Of a DNA stretch of 64,000 bases, positions 25,290-39,010 are shown one piece after another; position 1 is the stretch's first letter; each line of letters starts with the position of its first letter. The stretch is from Antechinus flavipes (taxonomy: Eukaryota). The stretch covers positions 549,878,001 through 549,942,000 of the forward strand of contig NC_067399.1 in assembly GCF_016432865.1 (NCBI RefSeq), in the 5' to 3' direction. The notes beneath the pieces were generated by a model. That model was not told the DNA's origin. It ran no database searches and saw only the letters and a list, made by a program, of their open reading frames with translations. Both the position numbers and the translations under genes were made by a program.

Positions 25290-26080
25290 TCATCAGCCAT
25301 GGTCACAATCCTGATGCCATCCTTGACTTGTTCTCTCATCTTTTACAGCCAATCATTTGTCAAATTCTTTCAATTCTCCTTTTGTAATTTCTTTTGTACA
25401 CAACCCCCTCTTATCTTACCACTACCCTGGTACCCAATTATCTCATGCCTAGACTATTGAAAAAGCATTTTAATTAGCCTCCCTGCCTCAAGTCTCTCAT
25501 AAACTTCAGTCTACCCTGTATTCAGATGCTTAAGTTATTTTTTTTAAAAGCACAAGTCTGACTAATGATACCCTTTTCTATCCCATTATTCAATAAATTC
25601 CACTGGTATCTCATTACTTCCATGATCAAATATAAAATTGTTATAAATTTTAAAAAATTTAAAATAAAATTAAACTTTATCATTTTCCAGTCTTCTCACA
25701 CTTTATTCCCTTCCATATACTGTAAGATCTAGTGGCAAAAGTTTCCTTGTTATTCTTCACAAATGATAGTCCATCTCCTAGTTCTTTCACAGGCTATCAT
25801 TCTTTCTGGCATTCTCTCTTTCCACATGTCTATCTCTTGACTTTCTTGTCTTCCTTCAAGTTTCAACTAAACTCTCATCTTCTTTGAGAATTCTTTTCTG
25901 ATCCCCCTTAATGCCTTTGCTCTGAAATTGTCTTCAATTTTTCCCATACAGAACTTGTTAGTACATGTGTCTCCCATTAGAAGGTGGGATCCTTGAAAAT
26001 CTGTTTTTGCATCCCCAGGGCTTAGCACAATGTCTCGTACATAGTAGTTCTTTAATAAACGTTTGTTGATTGACTTGACT
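25290..26080 (+). mobile_element. L2 3' region
   Basis: ctcatgcctagactattg...aaagcacaagtctgac...cttagcacaatgtctcgtacatagtag...gttgattgacttgact tail. Confidence 0.8.
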
Positions 26081-27644
26081 TCTCTAGAGAAGAACAGAAG
26101 TTGGAATCTGAAGAGTTGGGTTAAGGTTCAATCTCTGATTAGTAAAATGACCAACAGTGGGTGACAACCATTTTGAGACATATTGTTCTTGTCTGTCTGT
26201 AAAAAAGATAATGACCCATGAGGTATTTTCTCCAGTTTTCTTTTTGTTTCACAATACATGCAAAATAAGGATCTACATTGGAGGAATTTTTGTTTACATT
26301 TATTATTAAAAACAACTGTTGGTATATAATCTTTAATTATCTTCATACTTCTTCACTAATATTGTGAGTATTACATAGCACAATGATCCAAACTTCTAAT
26401 CTATGGTATTTCTTACTGTTTGGGTATTAAATAAAAGCTGAAATGTCTTTTTTCTTTTATTCATCAAAGAGAACCTGTAAGGTATCTGGAAATTTGTGGC
26501 TTGTATTTTCATTTATAGAAAAAAATGTTCATTTAGTTGCTTCAGTTTTTCTAGCAAATGGTAATGTTTGTACATTGGTTTAAGTACTTTTTGATCTATA
26601 GTATCCTTTAATTTCCTGTCACCTGATTATTATTTAATGGAAGCAGAAGAGGGCTGCACAAAATCAACAATCATTTTATTTTTATGTTTCCTCACTATTA
26701 TTATTGTTATTATTGTTGTTGTTGCTTATATGTTTCATCATTCATCATGGATAAAACAATTCATCACTAATTCACAAACTTGGTATCGTTTAATCTTTCT
26801 GATTCCAATGTGGCTAGTGTTTGAACAGAAGATGGCCTTTGCTGAACAAGCTATTATTTGTAGACATATATGTTTACCTTTATAAAGTCACATACACATA
26901 TATGTATATGTGATATATACAGCATTATTTCTACATATACACATACATATAATATTCCTTAACCTTTTCCATTCTAACCAATATCATGTTTCCTAACTTC
27001 TGATCTTTTTTCCCTTAAAAAAATACAATAGATTTGAAATCCTGTTTCATTTAGGTCCCTTAATAATGGCTATTTTATATAGGATTGGGTTGCTTTTAAA
27101 GTGCACAATGAAATGTACAAAATGGGGTCTCAATTTAAACAATTTTTCTTCCTTATTTGAAATAAAGAGAAAAAGATAAAAACACTAGGCCCTGTAGCTC
27201 TTTGTGAATAAAGAAACTGCCAAGTACATTACGAAATCACTATAGAATCAATAGTACTCACAGAAAACTAGACAAACATTATCTGGAAATCATCCCAACA
27301 ATATTAGTTTTGAATATGCAATGTAAGATATTTACATAAATATATAAAACTATCAATAGCTTAGTTTTTGGTAGAGAAAAATAAAGGAGAGACAGAAGAA
27401 ATGGAAATGAAAGGAAAAGAAAATAAACATGTTACAGTTAGACAGTTATAGCAGTAAAGATTAGAAATGTGGATGTTGCAACTAGCCTCCAACTCTAAGA
27501 CCTCTTCCTCTGAAGGAATAGCTTCTTCTAGAACCTCCATTTAGGGAAGGTGTCAAGCTAGCATTCCCCATCCTCACCTCTCATTTTAGTATTTCTTTCC
27601 TCTCCCCCTCCATTTAAGCTTTTTTTTTTTTTTTTTAATTTGTT

Positions 27645-27760
27645 AGCTTCCTTCCTTGAAACATAAGCTCCTTGAAGGCAGGGACATATAGTCTTTCTTT
27701 CTACTTTTTCTTGTATTCCCAATGCATAGTAAGCACTTAATAACTGCTTGGCTCAAGAGA
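27645..27760 (-). mobile_element. L2 3' tail
   Basis: taagctccttgaaggcagggac...catagtaagcacttaataa. Confidence 0.65.
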
Positions 27761-28089
27761 CTGAAGGTGAAAGAAAGCAAGGGAATCTTAAAGATGACAT
27801 TTGTAGCCATCTGTCCAAACCTGGGAATCCAGTAAAGACATCTCTCTAATCTTTTCCCTATATACACTTACTTTTAATTTCTTCATAAAATAGCATATTT
27901 GAAGTCATAAAGTATAATGGAGAAACTAATAGAGCTTTGACTCTCAACCAAATCTAAAACTATATCCGTAACTTTGATTGGATTGATATAGCTTAAAGTT
28001 TGTATTCATAATTATTCTGAAATGGAAAGAGACTATTAGTAATACACCAATTGATGTGCCATCCACTTTGAATTAAGTGAATATTTCCA

Positions 28090-28550
28090 CACTGAGGTGT
28101 TAGTGATTTCACTAATGTCAGGACTTTGTCCAGTGATTTCAGGTCACATCTCATCAATACCTTACGATCCAAGGCAATTCTTGATCATGTCCTCCATCAT
28201 CTTCAACAAGGGAATCATTTAACCTGCAGAATTCCTCTAAATCTTAAGATATTCCACAAGTGTTAGGGAATTTGGAAAACATCATCCTTTAGATAATGTA
28301 TGGGATATTCTCAGAGAAACATCATTCTAATTTATTCTTTGCTTGATAATAATGACCAGAATCATCAAAATTACCAGTGCTTATACCTTCCACTAAATCT
28401 CAAATGATTTAAATATATGCATGAGAAATATCTTATAGGAGGACAACCTTCAAGGCAATTTTTGTTTACTAAGACAAATATTTTTTATAATCAACAAAGA
28501 ATAAACAGAGTGGGATATTGGTGTTTCTGTACCTCACAGTGTAACTATAG
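28090..28550 (-). mobile_element. RTE LINE fragments (RT and 3' end)
   Basis: Minus ORF contains YRNTNIPLCLFFVDYKK, the RTE RT motif. Confidence 0.75.
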
Positions 28551-28609
28551 GGATGTATAATGTATCTATATCTATATAATCTATAAAAGACTATCAGATG
28601 CTTATTCAG

Positions 28610-28890
28610 AAGAAAAAATGGTTCAGTTGAGACATGACAGCTCATATGGGCAAGTATTTGAAAGCCTGTAATGTGGGGAAGAGATATGATATTTTTTTCT
28701 GTTTGGACCAAAAAGAAAGAACCAGAAAAATTATTTGCAAGTTTCAGATGTTTGATATCAGGAAAGACTTTCTAACAATTAAAGCTGTTCAAAAGTGGAA
28801 CAGATTGTTTCATGAGATATTGAGTTCCTTTCCTTTGAAGTCTTCAAAGAAAGACTAGACAATCACTAGTCAGATATAGCATAGTGTCCT
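28610..28890 (+). mobile_element. CR1/L3 LINE 3' fragment
   Basis: KYLKAC...DIRKDFLTIKAVQKWNRL matches the CR1 ORF2 C-terminus. Confidence 0.85.
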
Positions 28891-28899
28891 GTCACATAT

Positions 28900-29090
28900 G
28901 AATTGTACAAAACATTTGCAGAGATCCCTTCCAAACCTCCAATTTTGTGACTGAGTGGCTGGTTCCTAAAACTTGCATATACCCTCCTCATAGTTTCATT
29001 ACAGTTGCTCTTAATGTGTCTGAAGATCATTCTTACAGATATGAAGGAGGCATATGGATTTGTAATTATTGATAACTTTTTCAATCTAGT
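28900..29090 (-). mobile_element. RTE LINE fragment
   Basis: Minus strand translates VINNYKSICLLH (cf. NYRPICLL RT motif). Confidence 0.65.
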
Positions 29091-29379
29091 TTTCTGCTTA
29101 TTTCATCTTATCATTCAGTATCGTGATATCATCAAGAGATCTTGAGAAATCATCTCACAGTTGGGTTATATTAAATATGGACTTCCTCTGCATAGACTTT
29201 AGCAGACTCCACCCGTCCTTTTTAGCTCTTTTCTTTACTGATATTTCTGCTTATTCATGACAAACAATAAGCACTGAGATGTTAGAGTATAACTATAGTG
29301 ACACCACTAACATTTATAGTGTGAATAGTTTGCTACAAAAAATCTTGAAAAATATTTTCTAATTTTGTTTGTTGACTAC

Positions 29380-30100
29380 CTTCCAGGAATGAAGATGGAG
29401 GAAGTCCTAACAAATAATTTCTGTTACCCGTCTTCATCTGGGACCTCACTACACCAAGACAGTCTTTTCCTTTTAATCTCTCAAAATTGATTTCCTCGCT
29501 CAAGCCCCAGAGAAACATTCCAAGTCTTCTATTAATTCCCCAAGCCTCCTTATGTCTCTTTACCCCCTTCATTTCTCACTTAGCTGAAGTCCTTGCTTCT
29601 TATTTTAGTGAAAAGTTCATGAGTCTCCCTCTTTTCCATTATCTTTGTATCATCCCCCACTCTTTCCTTTCCAAACAAATTGCCCTTTTTTTCTACCAAG
29701 GCCACCTCTGAAAATGGGGTAGTCCTTTTTCCTACTGAGGTCAATAACTCTATGCTGCACTTTATCGCATCTCCTTGTGCCCAGGAGATTGCAATCTTAA
29801 CCATCCCCCTGCTCTCTCTTGAATCTTTAATCTTTCCAAATTGATTTCTTCTCCACTACTTTCAAACATACCAGATCTCCCTCACTATTTAAAAACAATA
29901 AACAACAAAATAAACTTTCACTTCATTATACAATCTCCTCAAAGTATCATCCTACAGCTTTCCATTTTAGCTCAAACTTCTAGAACAAGCACTTTATACT
30001 GTCTTCCCCATTCTCATCTCTCATCCTTCTACCCTTTGCAATCTGGCTTTTGGCTTCATGATCCAATTGAAACTGATTTCCCCCAGTTACCAATGATTTC
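29380..30100 (+). mobile_element. L2 fragment
   Basis: tttctcacttagctgaag...ccctttgcaatctggc...aattgaaactg. Confidence 0.7.
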
Positions 30101-32039
30101 TTGATCTTTAAAAAGTAAAATTTTATTGGTATCTTTGGTTTTTTACATTCCCCAAATATATCTGCCCTCCATTTCTTTTTACTATTTGTTTAGAGAATCA
30201 CTTTATAACCCATAATTTTCCTCCAAAATTTTTTTAGAAATCAGTTTATATTCTAAACTAGTATTGCCTCTGGCTATCAAATCTGACTGGATGGTAAGAA
30301 GACCAAATATTTCCAGTCTAACACATTTTCTATACTCTTTGAAGTGTTGATTGATTTACATACATTAAACTATCATATGTACTGGTAATAGTCTGTTGAT
30401 TTTTTTTTCTTTTATCTATTTCTAGGGATTTGAGGGTTAGAGGGAAGAAGGAAGTGGGTGGTCAATAATTTTTTAAATTGGTTTTTAAATTTTTAAATTT
30501 TGACTTTTTGCTCTAAAGTGTTTCCAGGCAGCTGACTTGCAAATTTTTTCCACACTGGTAACTAGTTATTTTCTATCTTTCTTTTTATTCTTTTGTTATA
30601 TTAATTGCTATCCATGGTATATATCTCCATATTCTCTACTGTTTAAAAAATGTGTTTATGATATACAGATGTGATTCTTCCATGCAGCCTACAGAGCCTT
30701 AAGTCTCTTTAGTAACTTCATCTTGAATCATATTCTAACATTTTTCTAACAGTTTCCAGTTTGGGGATACTTCAGACAAACGTGCCAAAGAATTGAAATT
30801 ATTTAGATAATTGCCTCAATTTAATATATTACATATCTGCTCAGAAGCATGTTCTTTTAAATAAGTCACTTCTAAAGATAAGACAACTATTATCTATATG
30901 TTGACAGCTTACTTTTAAAATTAGAAACAAAGCTTTTTTATTTCTTTAACAAAAGTAAGGAAATATTAAAGAAAGACATGATTTTATTTTAAAAGTCCTT
31001 TTGCATTTTTTGTCAATAAATCATCTTACTTTTTTTGAATCTATTCAAAATAAGTTGTAATAGCATTGTCCTCAAGAAAGAAAAGCATTTAAAACAAATA
31101 ATTTACTGCTTTCCACTCTCCCCTTTATCTAAAGATTCTCTTGCTGTTATATTATATGACTACTGACAAATTAATTTCTACACCAGGAAATAAAGAAGAA
31201 AAAAAATCCTGTTCACTCTTCTAAATGAGTAGTTCATTGTAATCTAATCATACTGACATTCTGAAATGTAGGAGAGAATTAAAATTCTACAAAATATTAC
31301 AACCATATGACAGTTTGTCTAAACTTCCTAGGTTAATGAATCTGCTCTTTTTGTATTCTGTATATAATTTCTTTCATACCACCTGGAATAATATGTCACA
31401 GCCCTTAGCCAACTTGAACTTGGCATGTGATCAGAATAATTTTTTAAAAAATCTTCATTTTGCCTCAATAAAAGCTGAGTTGTTTTTGTTTTTGTTTTTG
31501 TTTTGCTTTATCTCACTTGAAAGGAATATATCAAGATTTGTTCTTAATTACATTTACTATGTTTCTCCTAGGTCTAAAGAATTTAGACATTACAATACTA
31601 ATTGTTGCTTTTATTTAATATTTACTGAATGCCCTCAATGTGATTCATTTAATAATGGCCCTACTACCCAGAAAGTGATTTTATTGAGTAGCAAAATGAA
31701 CATTTAACATATTCAATTAAATCAATCAAGCCAATATCAATTTATTTAAATAACAAAGCCCTGCTATTCCACAAGTTTGCCTGTTGTCACTCATATTTTG
31801 GTTCACTTAATCAAAATATGGGTTATATATATGCATATATACATATATATATCTTGAAAAGGAAATTTAGTTTGAGTGTCAGATTAATCTCAAAATAGTT
31901 ATGATTACTTAAAAAGTAGGAAAAGATGAAATTATAATTAAATATTTTCCTTTTCTTATCACAATGCTAAGAATGAAAACGATTTGCAGATATCTCTATA
32001 ATTATCTGGGAACTCTGAGAAACTTTGTTTCTTGAGAAC

Positions 32040-33020
32040 ACATATAAAAGTAAAAGAATGAAATATTTTCCTCATTGAATGTTCTGAATTCCTAGGAATC
32101 TATATTGCCCTAATGGCAAAATGTTTAACAACATGCAAAAAGGACCACAAAAAAAGGAACAATAGACTACGGTTAGAGATTTCCCCACTAGAGAGGAATG
32201 TATCCAATAGAATAATCATTTCAATTCAATATGATATGGTTAAGAAGGGCATTTATTGCATTAATAATTATAATATTGTAAATAATAAACAAATGACAGA
32301 CAATTCAATCATGAATATATGAATTTAAAAGGGAAAAACTATTAAGAAGCAAGTACAGAATCTTTATCAACTTGATGTGGGCAATAATATATTTATGCAA
32401 ATAGGACATTTTGATAGACATCAAGATAGTATGTAGAGAACAAAAGTTTTTTTTTCCTAACACTGTGAGACATGTATTGGTTAAAATTGATATATTAAAA
32501 GGAAAATTCTGAGGAGTAAAAGGAATATTCTAAAAATCCTATTATAATTTGTTAAGAAGGATTTATTTTATAAAAACCAAAAGACTTAGAAAAAGACCAG
32601 AATGCCCTTCCATACCATAAAACCAGTGATCATTAAAATCATTTAACATTGAAAAAATGATGACATATCAGAACCAACTGAATGTAATAATGTAGTTAAA
32701 CCAGAAGATAGATTATTTAGGAAAGAATTAGTCATGTGAAAAGAATTGTTGGTAAATCTGGAAAGTTAAGACAAATTTTTGATGTCATTTATTACAATAA
32801 ACTCAAAATGGTATTATTTAACTATGTTTACTTGGATATTATATGTTATACAAATCAAAAAATAGAAGATAAGGTACCTTTCACAAATAAAGCTAGGAGA
32901 TAAATTATTTTAAAGTAAAAAAAATATTTTTAGCAATAGCCTTTTTTTTTTTAATATCACCTACATGTGCTATATTCCACTTTTTTTGCCTCAGAAAGCC
33001 ATCTTTAGAACAAATAATTT
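32040..33020 (+). mobile_element. Old L1 ORF2/3' fragments
   Basis: A-rich, cccttccataccataaaaccagtgatcattaaaatc and related motifs. Confidence 0.55.
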
Positions 33021-33089
33021 CTAAAAGAAAAGAGAAAATAAGGAAGAATAGAAAACCAATTATCAAAACTGATTAACTTGACAGGATTC

Positions 33090-36000
33090 TGAGGAGATGG
33101 CAGAATAAGGCAGGAAATAACCTGGCTCTATTAAATTCCCCCCAAACAATATTTTAAAAAATGGCTCAATGTGAACTTTGAGTCACAGAAATAATTAAGT
33201 AAAACAGCTATATGCTTAAGACTATTTTGACAGACTTTAGCAAAGACCCAAATAGGATGATAGTTTGATTTGATTGAAAGGCAAATATCTCCTAGCAGAT
33301 ACTGCTGAATCAACAAACAAGCCTTGGGGACAGCTGTGTAAGTGGCTTCCTCAGTGTCAGGAACTTTCATCTCACAGACACTATTGGGATTAATTACTGG
33401 AGAAGACTGCAGGGTCCTCCACTGATGCTGAACTCCAGGTCCAAAAACACTGACTAGACATTGTCCAGGACTATGATGAGGATGACAAGCACGTGGCAGT
33501 GAATATGGTAACAGAAGATTGAGACCCTGCTTGCTGTGGTCCTTAGGAGAAGAGCAGAGTCCCTGGTTTTGGACAGAAGGGTTCTATGGCAGAAGGGTCA
33601 GTTGTTGAAAGGATGACAGGGAGCAAGATTGCAATGACAGTGTTGCTGGAGGTCCTGGTATGGGGCTGAGCAACAAAGAGGAATACTTTAAGTTAGACCC
33701 AAAGATAAAGCTTAAAGAACAACAGCACAAAAACCTGTAAGACTGAGATATCATTCCCCACAATTCAGGACTAGCAAATTACTTTAACACTAAATTAATA
33801 GATGAGAAATAATCTACTAAAAAGAAATAAAAGAGCAAGAGAAAAAAATCCAACTATAGATAGCTACTATCATGATAAAGATCTGAGTTCAAATTCATAG
33901 AGATATTTAAGTTAAAATAGATACTTCTATCTCAAAAAATATTCACAAAGCCCTAAAAGAATTTTTGGAAGATTTTAAAAACGCTTTTAAAAATCAAAGA
34001 TATTGAGGAAAAATTAGCAAAAAATAATACTAAAGTAAGAAAATTGAGAAAATTATGAAAAGAAAGTCAAAGAAATTGAAAACAGATCTAAAACTTAAGG
34101 AAGAAGAAAACGTCTTTAAAATTAGAATTGGTCAAAACTGCAAGAAATAATAAAACAAAATCAAAAGAATGAAAAAGTAGAAGAGAATATGAAACATCTC
34201 ATTAGAAAAACAGCTAACCTGGAGAAGAGATTAAGAAGAAACAATAAAAGAATTATAAGACTATCTGAAAGTTATCATTTTTAAAAAGAGCCTATTTAGT
34301 AATATGAGATTATTAAGGAAAATTGTCCTAAAGTTTTAGAAAAAGATAATGAAATAGAAACAAAGACAAATCCACGAAGTACTACTTGAAAGAGATCCCA
34401 TGATGAAAACTCACAGAAACATCATAGCTAAATTTCAAAGCTTCCAAGTCAAGGACAAAACATACCATAAACAACTTGGAAAAAAACTACACAATTTATA
34501 TACTTTGGAACTATAGTCAGGATAACAAGATTTAACAGCTTCTGTCTTGAAGACAATGGAACAATCTATTCTGAAGAGTAAAAGAGTTGGGCTTGCAACC
34601 AAAAGTAACTTAACCAAAAAGTTGTCTGTTACCCTGAATGGAAAAAAAAATTGACATTATTAAGGAACTAAAAGATTATCAAGTATTTGTGAAGAAAACA
34701 CCAGAACTGAATGGAAAATTTGACCTACTAGACTCAAGAGAAAAATAAGAAGTAAACATTAAATACCAATTATAAAGGACTTAATGTCAAAATCTTTACT
34801 TTTTATGTGGGAAAATATTATCTGTAACTCTTAAGAATGTTATAATTACTTGTATAGTTTTAAAACATACATAAATAGAAGACTTGGTGTTAAGTATGAT
34901 GGGAAAATCCTAAAAAATATAACTGGGTAGGGATAGGTAAAATGACATAATTATTTCATAGAAATGAGGCAATTACAGTGAACGCAGGAAGGGGTGAAGG
35001 ATAAATTGTACTAGAATCTTATTGTCAGAAATGTTAAAGTGAAAATTTACACGTAAGAGGTTATAAAATTCTTAAATTACAGAGAAGTAGGAGGGCAAGG
35101 GGACAGGATAAAGGAAGGACTTTTAGAAAGATAGAGGATAAAGATAAAGAAATAAGGATATAAAAAGAAAGGATAAGAAAGTATTTTTAAAGGGGGAGAG
35201 GATAAGGGAGGGAAACATAGGAGAGTTAATATATTAAGTAATAGGAGAATAAGAGAAGAGGATAAGGGATGGATTCTTAGAAAGGGTGTAGTGTAGGGAG
35301 GTAGTGGTTAAAAAATAATTAGACATTTGAGAAAAGATGCTAGAGAGAGAGACAGAGACAGAAACAAAAAGTATAAGCACTGACAAAAAGTATGATGGAG
35401 GGAAAACAAGTAGTAATTGTAAGTTGGAATGTGAAAAGGATGTGCTCACCCAAAAATGGAAATGAATAGAAAAATGGATTAAAAACCAGAATATGACAAT
35501 GTGTTATTTATAGCAAACATATTTAAAAATGAAAAAGTAAAGATAAAGGTCTGGAGTTGAATTTGTAAAAAGTGGAATCAGAAATGATCTCAGAGAAAGT
35601 TAAAGCAAAACCAGCCAATTTAAAAAGATAAATGGGGAAAATATATGTTACCATAGATAATGAAGTAATGTCAATATTACACCTATATGCATCAAATGCT
35701 ATAGCATCCAGTTTTTCACAGGAAAAGGTAAACTAATTACAGATGAAAACCGATAGCAAACTGTAACAATGTGGGACTTTAATCTTGCCCTCTCAGAACT
35801 TGGTAAATCTAATTAAAAATAAACAAGAAAGAAGTCAAGGAAGTGATCAAAATCTTAAAAAATCTAGAAAATATAAATACCTGGAAAACTGAATGAGAAT
35901 AGCAAGGAATAAATGCTTTCTATAAGTGAAGTAATTTTCAATGATACATTTACTTTGCAAATCTTTACAAACTGATACATCTTAGATCAATAGTTAAATG

Positions 36001-36365
36001 CAGAAAAGCAGAAATAGTAAATGTATCATTTTCAAAATATAATACATTGCAAATTATTTTAATAAGGATCTATAAAAATGCAGACTAAAAGTAAACTGAA
36101 AAAAATAACCTAATTTAAAGAATGAGTAACAAAAAAATCCATAGAAACAATATTTTAAAATGATTTAAAATTTAAATATTTTAAATTTCAAAATGATAAG
36201 GAAATAAAATGCCAAAACCTTTGAGATGTAGCAAAAGCAATAATTAGAGAAAAAATTTTATCTTTAAACACTCTCATCAATAAAATAGAGAAAGAGTAGA
36301 CCAAAGAATTAAATATGTATTTTAAAAAAACTAAAAGAACAACAAATAAAACCCTCCCCCAAGGT
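33090..36365 (+). mobile_element. L1 5' half: 5' UTR, ORF1, inter-ORF region, ORF2 endonuclease; degraded
   Basis: aagactatctgaaagttatc, aacatcatagctaaatttcaaagcttccaagtcaagg (ORF1); gtgggactttaatcttgccctctcagaacttgg (endonuclease). Confidence 0.85.
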
Positions 36366-36464
36366 AGCCAGACCCTAAATGAAGCATTAGTCAATGATAT
36401 CTTGGAAGGAGGTCTCTAGTAGAGTGACTCAGAGCCATACATTTGACCCTTTGTGGTTTACTAT

Positions 36465-37955
36465 TTTTTTGGTATTTTATTTTCCCCCAATTGCCTGTAA
36501 TCAACATTCATTTTAAAAATTGAGTTTCAAATTCTTTCCTTCCATTTCCACATTCCTGATTGAAAAGGAAATGGATTTGATATGAGTTACACATGTGTAG
36601 TTTTATAAACAAATTTCTGTGTTTGTTGTAAAAAAAAAAAACACACACACACACATACAAAACAACATAGACCAAAATAAAAACCCAAGAAAATAAAGGT
36701 AATTAAAAAGTATGCTTTGACCTGTATTATTTTTCATAATAAACTCTTCATAGTTTGTAGTGTTCTTTGTTAGTTTTCTGGAAGTCTCTGGAATAGCCTT
36801 CATTTCAGTAGAGTAATCATCACAAGAATAGCTAGGTGTTAAAGCCCAAATCCTTTATTATCTCCTTCACAATCTAGTTTCCTTGCCTGGGGCCCAGACC
36901 AGCTTTCTGGAGAGCCTTTCAGACCCACCTTGGTCTCAGCCGGGGAAGTGCAGGAGGTCAGCCACCACATGGTATGAGATGAAGTGAATCTCTCCAAGTT
37001 GCAGGGCTTGTGCTTCAGCCTCCAGCCATCACAAAGGTGGACAATAAAATGAATCTGTCTCTGCCTTCCACCCTGGCTGAGTTTTTCCCAGCTTATATGC
37101 TCTATTCTAATTACATTGTCATAGGTGTGAATCTTATGGAACTATATAAAGTTCTAAGTAAATGTACTGAACTAGAAAACTATTAATCATCATGGTAAAC
37201 TAGATAACCATTGTCTCATTAATTCTACTGACTTAATATCTTGTAAAAATCCTTGTTTTAAGTACAAAGTTCTGCCCCATAACAATAGTTGTCTTGAATC
37301 ACTATATTGCTGAGAATGGCTAAATTAACAACAACTGAACATCTTACAATACTGCTGTTACTATGTATGACATTCTCCTGGTTCTATTTATTTTACTTTG
37401 CATCAGTTCATGTAAGTCTTTTCAGGCTTTTCTGAGAGCATCTAAATCATCATTTCTTATAGTATTTCCATTTTTTTTGCCACCAGAAAAGAGTTGCTGT
37501 GACCATTTTTGGTATTTATAGGTTCTTTTTCTTTTTGCTTACTTATCTCTTTTGGGATACAGACCTAGTAGTGATATTGATGGGTCAAAGACTTACAGAC
37601 TTTTGGGCAGTTTCAAATTTTTTTACATAATAGTTGAATCACTTCATCACTCCACTAATTAGTGTCTCCATTTTCCTACATCCTGTCTAGCCTCTGTCAT
37701 TTCCCTTTTTTATATTACTCAATATAATTGAAATAAGGGAGTACCTCAGAATTGTTTTAATTTACATTTATCCAATCAGTGATTTAGAGTTTTTCATATG
37801 GGCATAAATAGCTTTAATTACTTAGCTGAAAACTTTATCATTTAAAGAATGGGGGATATTTTTATAAAATTGATTTCTCCATTTATTTGCAAGAAAGACA
37901 CCTTTATCAGAGAAACTTGCTTAAGATTTTCTCCACAGTTTTGATTACTATTTCC
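36465..37955 (-). mobile_element. L1 3' end, host of a solo LTR and of the mini-provirus
   Basis: Antisense L1 3' UTR and ORF2-end motifs (cagttcatgtaagtcttttcaggc, gagtacctcagaattg, acctttatcagagaaac). Confidence 0.8.
36756..37284 (-). mobile_element. Solo LTR (529 bp), ERV2/betaretrovirus-like
   Basis: TG...CA termini; perfect 6-bp TSD atagtt at 36750-36755 and 37285-37290; minus-strand AATAAA at 36854-36859. Confidence 0.9.
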
Positions 37956-38357
37956 TGTTGTGAGCTTTTTCTTCTCAAAAAGCAGCCAGGTGATAAAAGT
38001 TCAGATCTTTTATTATCCCAATATAGCCCGGTTAGCTTAGAGGCCTATCTCTCTGCTTGGTTCCAAGAGCTCTCTCCGAATGTCACCAAATCCAAAGGTC
38101 TGGTCCTTCAGCCTCTGCCTCTGCTTTCTTCAGCCTCCAGCCAGCTCCAGTCTTCATGTCATTCCGGTGAAATCTCGACTTGTAGCGTCTTCCTCTCAAG
38201 AACTCTCCAACTGGCCCATTGGCCTATTTATGCTTCTTCCAGAGAGAGGGGATTATGGGTAGTTCTACTTAGTACCTTGTTTCAGGTTCTGCCCAAAACA
38301 TCTTCTTGTAAGATTAGATCAACTCTAATTAGTTAGCAGTTAGTAAGGATTCCAACA
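37956..38357 (-). mobile_element. 3' LTR
   Basis: TG...CA; identical to 39859-40260 except one base (38187 G vs 40090 A); minus-strand AATAAA at 38009-38014 and CATAAATA at 38225-38232. Confidence 0.97.
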
Positions 38358-38373
38358 TCTCCCCCTTTCTTTT
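38358..38373 (-). promoter_or_regulatory. Polypurine tract
   Basis: Minus strand aaaagaaagggggaga directly abutting the 3' LTR. Confidence 0.95.
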
Positions 38374-38536
38374 GTTTTAAAACATAGGGGGTTTCTGAGG
38401 GGGTACACATAAATCCATCAATATGGGCCAGAACTTTGTAACAGATATACATGGTATACATAAATCCATCAACATGGGAGGCATTATACATAATTTACAT
38501 AAGTACATAGCAATATAACACAGGCTAGTAGTAATG

Positions 38537-38599
38537 TCCCCAAGCAGTTAATCTAATTCCCTTCTATTTACCAAATTTGGGATTTCTCCTCATCATCTG
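38537..38599 (-). pseudogene. pol: Integrase C-terminal remnant
   Basis: QMMRRNPKFGK*KGIRLTAWG resembles the betaretroviral IN C-terminal W-x-D-P...W-x-G-P-D...W-G-R-G motif; contains a stop. Confidence 0.6.
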
Positions 38600-38603
38600 G
38601 TAA

Positions 38604-39010
38604 TTACATTGGAGTCGTTTGCATTGGATATTGTCTTGTTGTCTTAAAAGGCCTGTATTCTTCCCAACTGTAATCCTGATTGCTTTTCTGTTGGTTGATG
38701 ACATCAGAGTTCTGAATTTCTAAAGTCTCTCTGGGTGTAACCTCAGCTGCTATCATGCCCCACCTGTCCTTTGATTGATACTTTGGAGCTGGGCCTTGCC
38801 TCTCCTTCCTCTGGGTCAATATACATTTAGAGGCCCAGTGAAAGCCTCGGTTACATTTTGGACATGGGGTTTTGGGTTTTCTCTCATCCTGTCTTCTCAT
38901 TGTATCTCTATATCTACATTGGGCTCTCAAATGTCCAATTTTTCCGCACTGAAAACATCGACGAGTTTCTCTAGAATTCCTCTGCCAAGAAGGACCTTGT
39001 CTTTCATCAT
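38604..39010 (-). pseudogene. gag: Gag nucleocapsid region, out of frame with upstream gag
   Basis: Two CCHC knuckles CFQCGKIGHLRAQC (38916-38957) and CPKCNRGFHWASKC (38823-38864). Confidence 0.9.
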
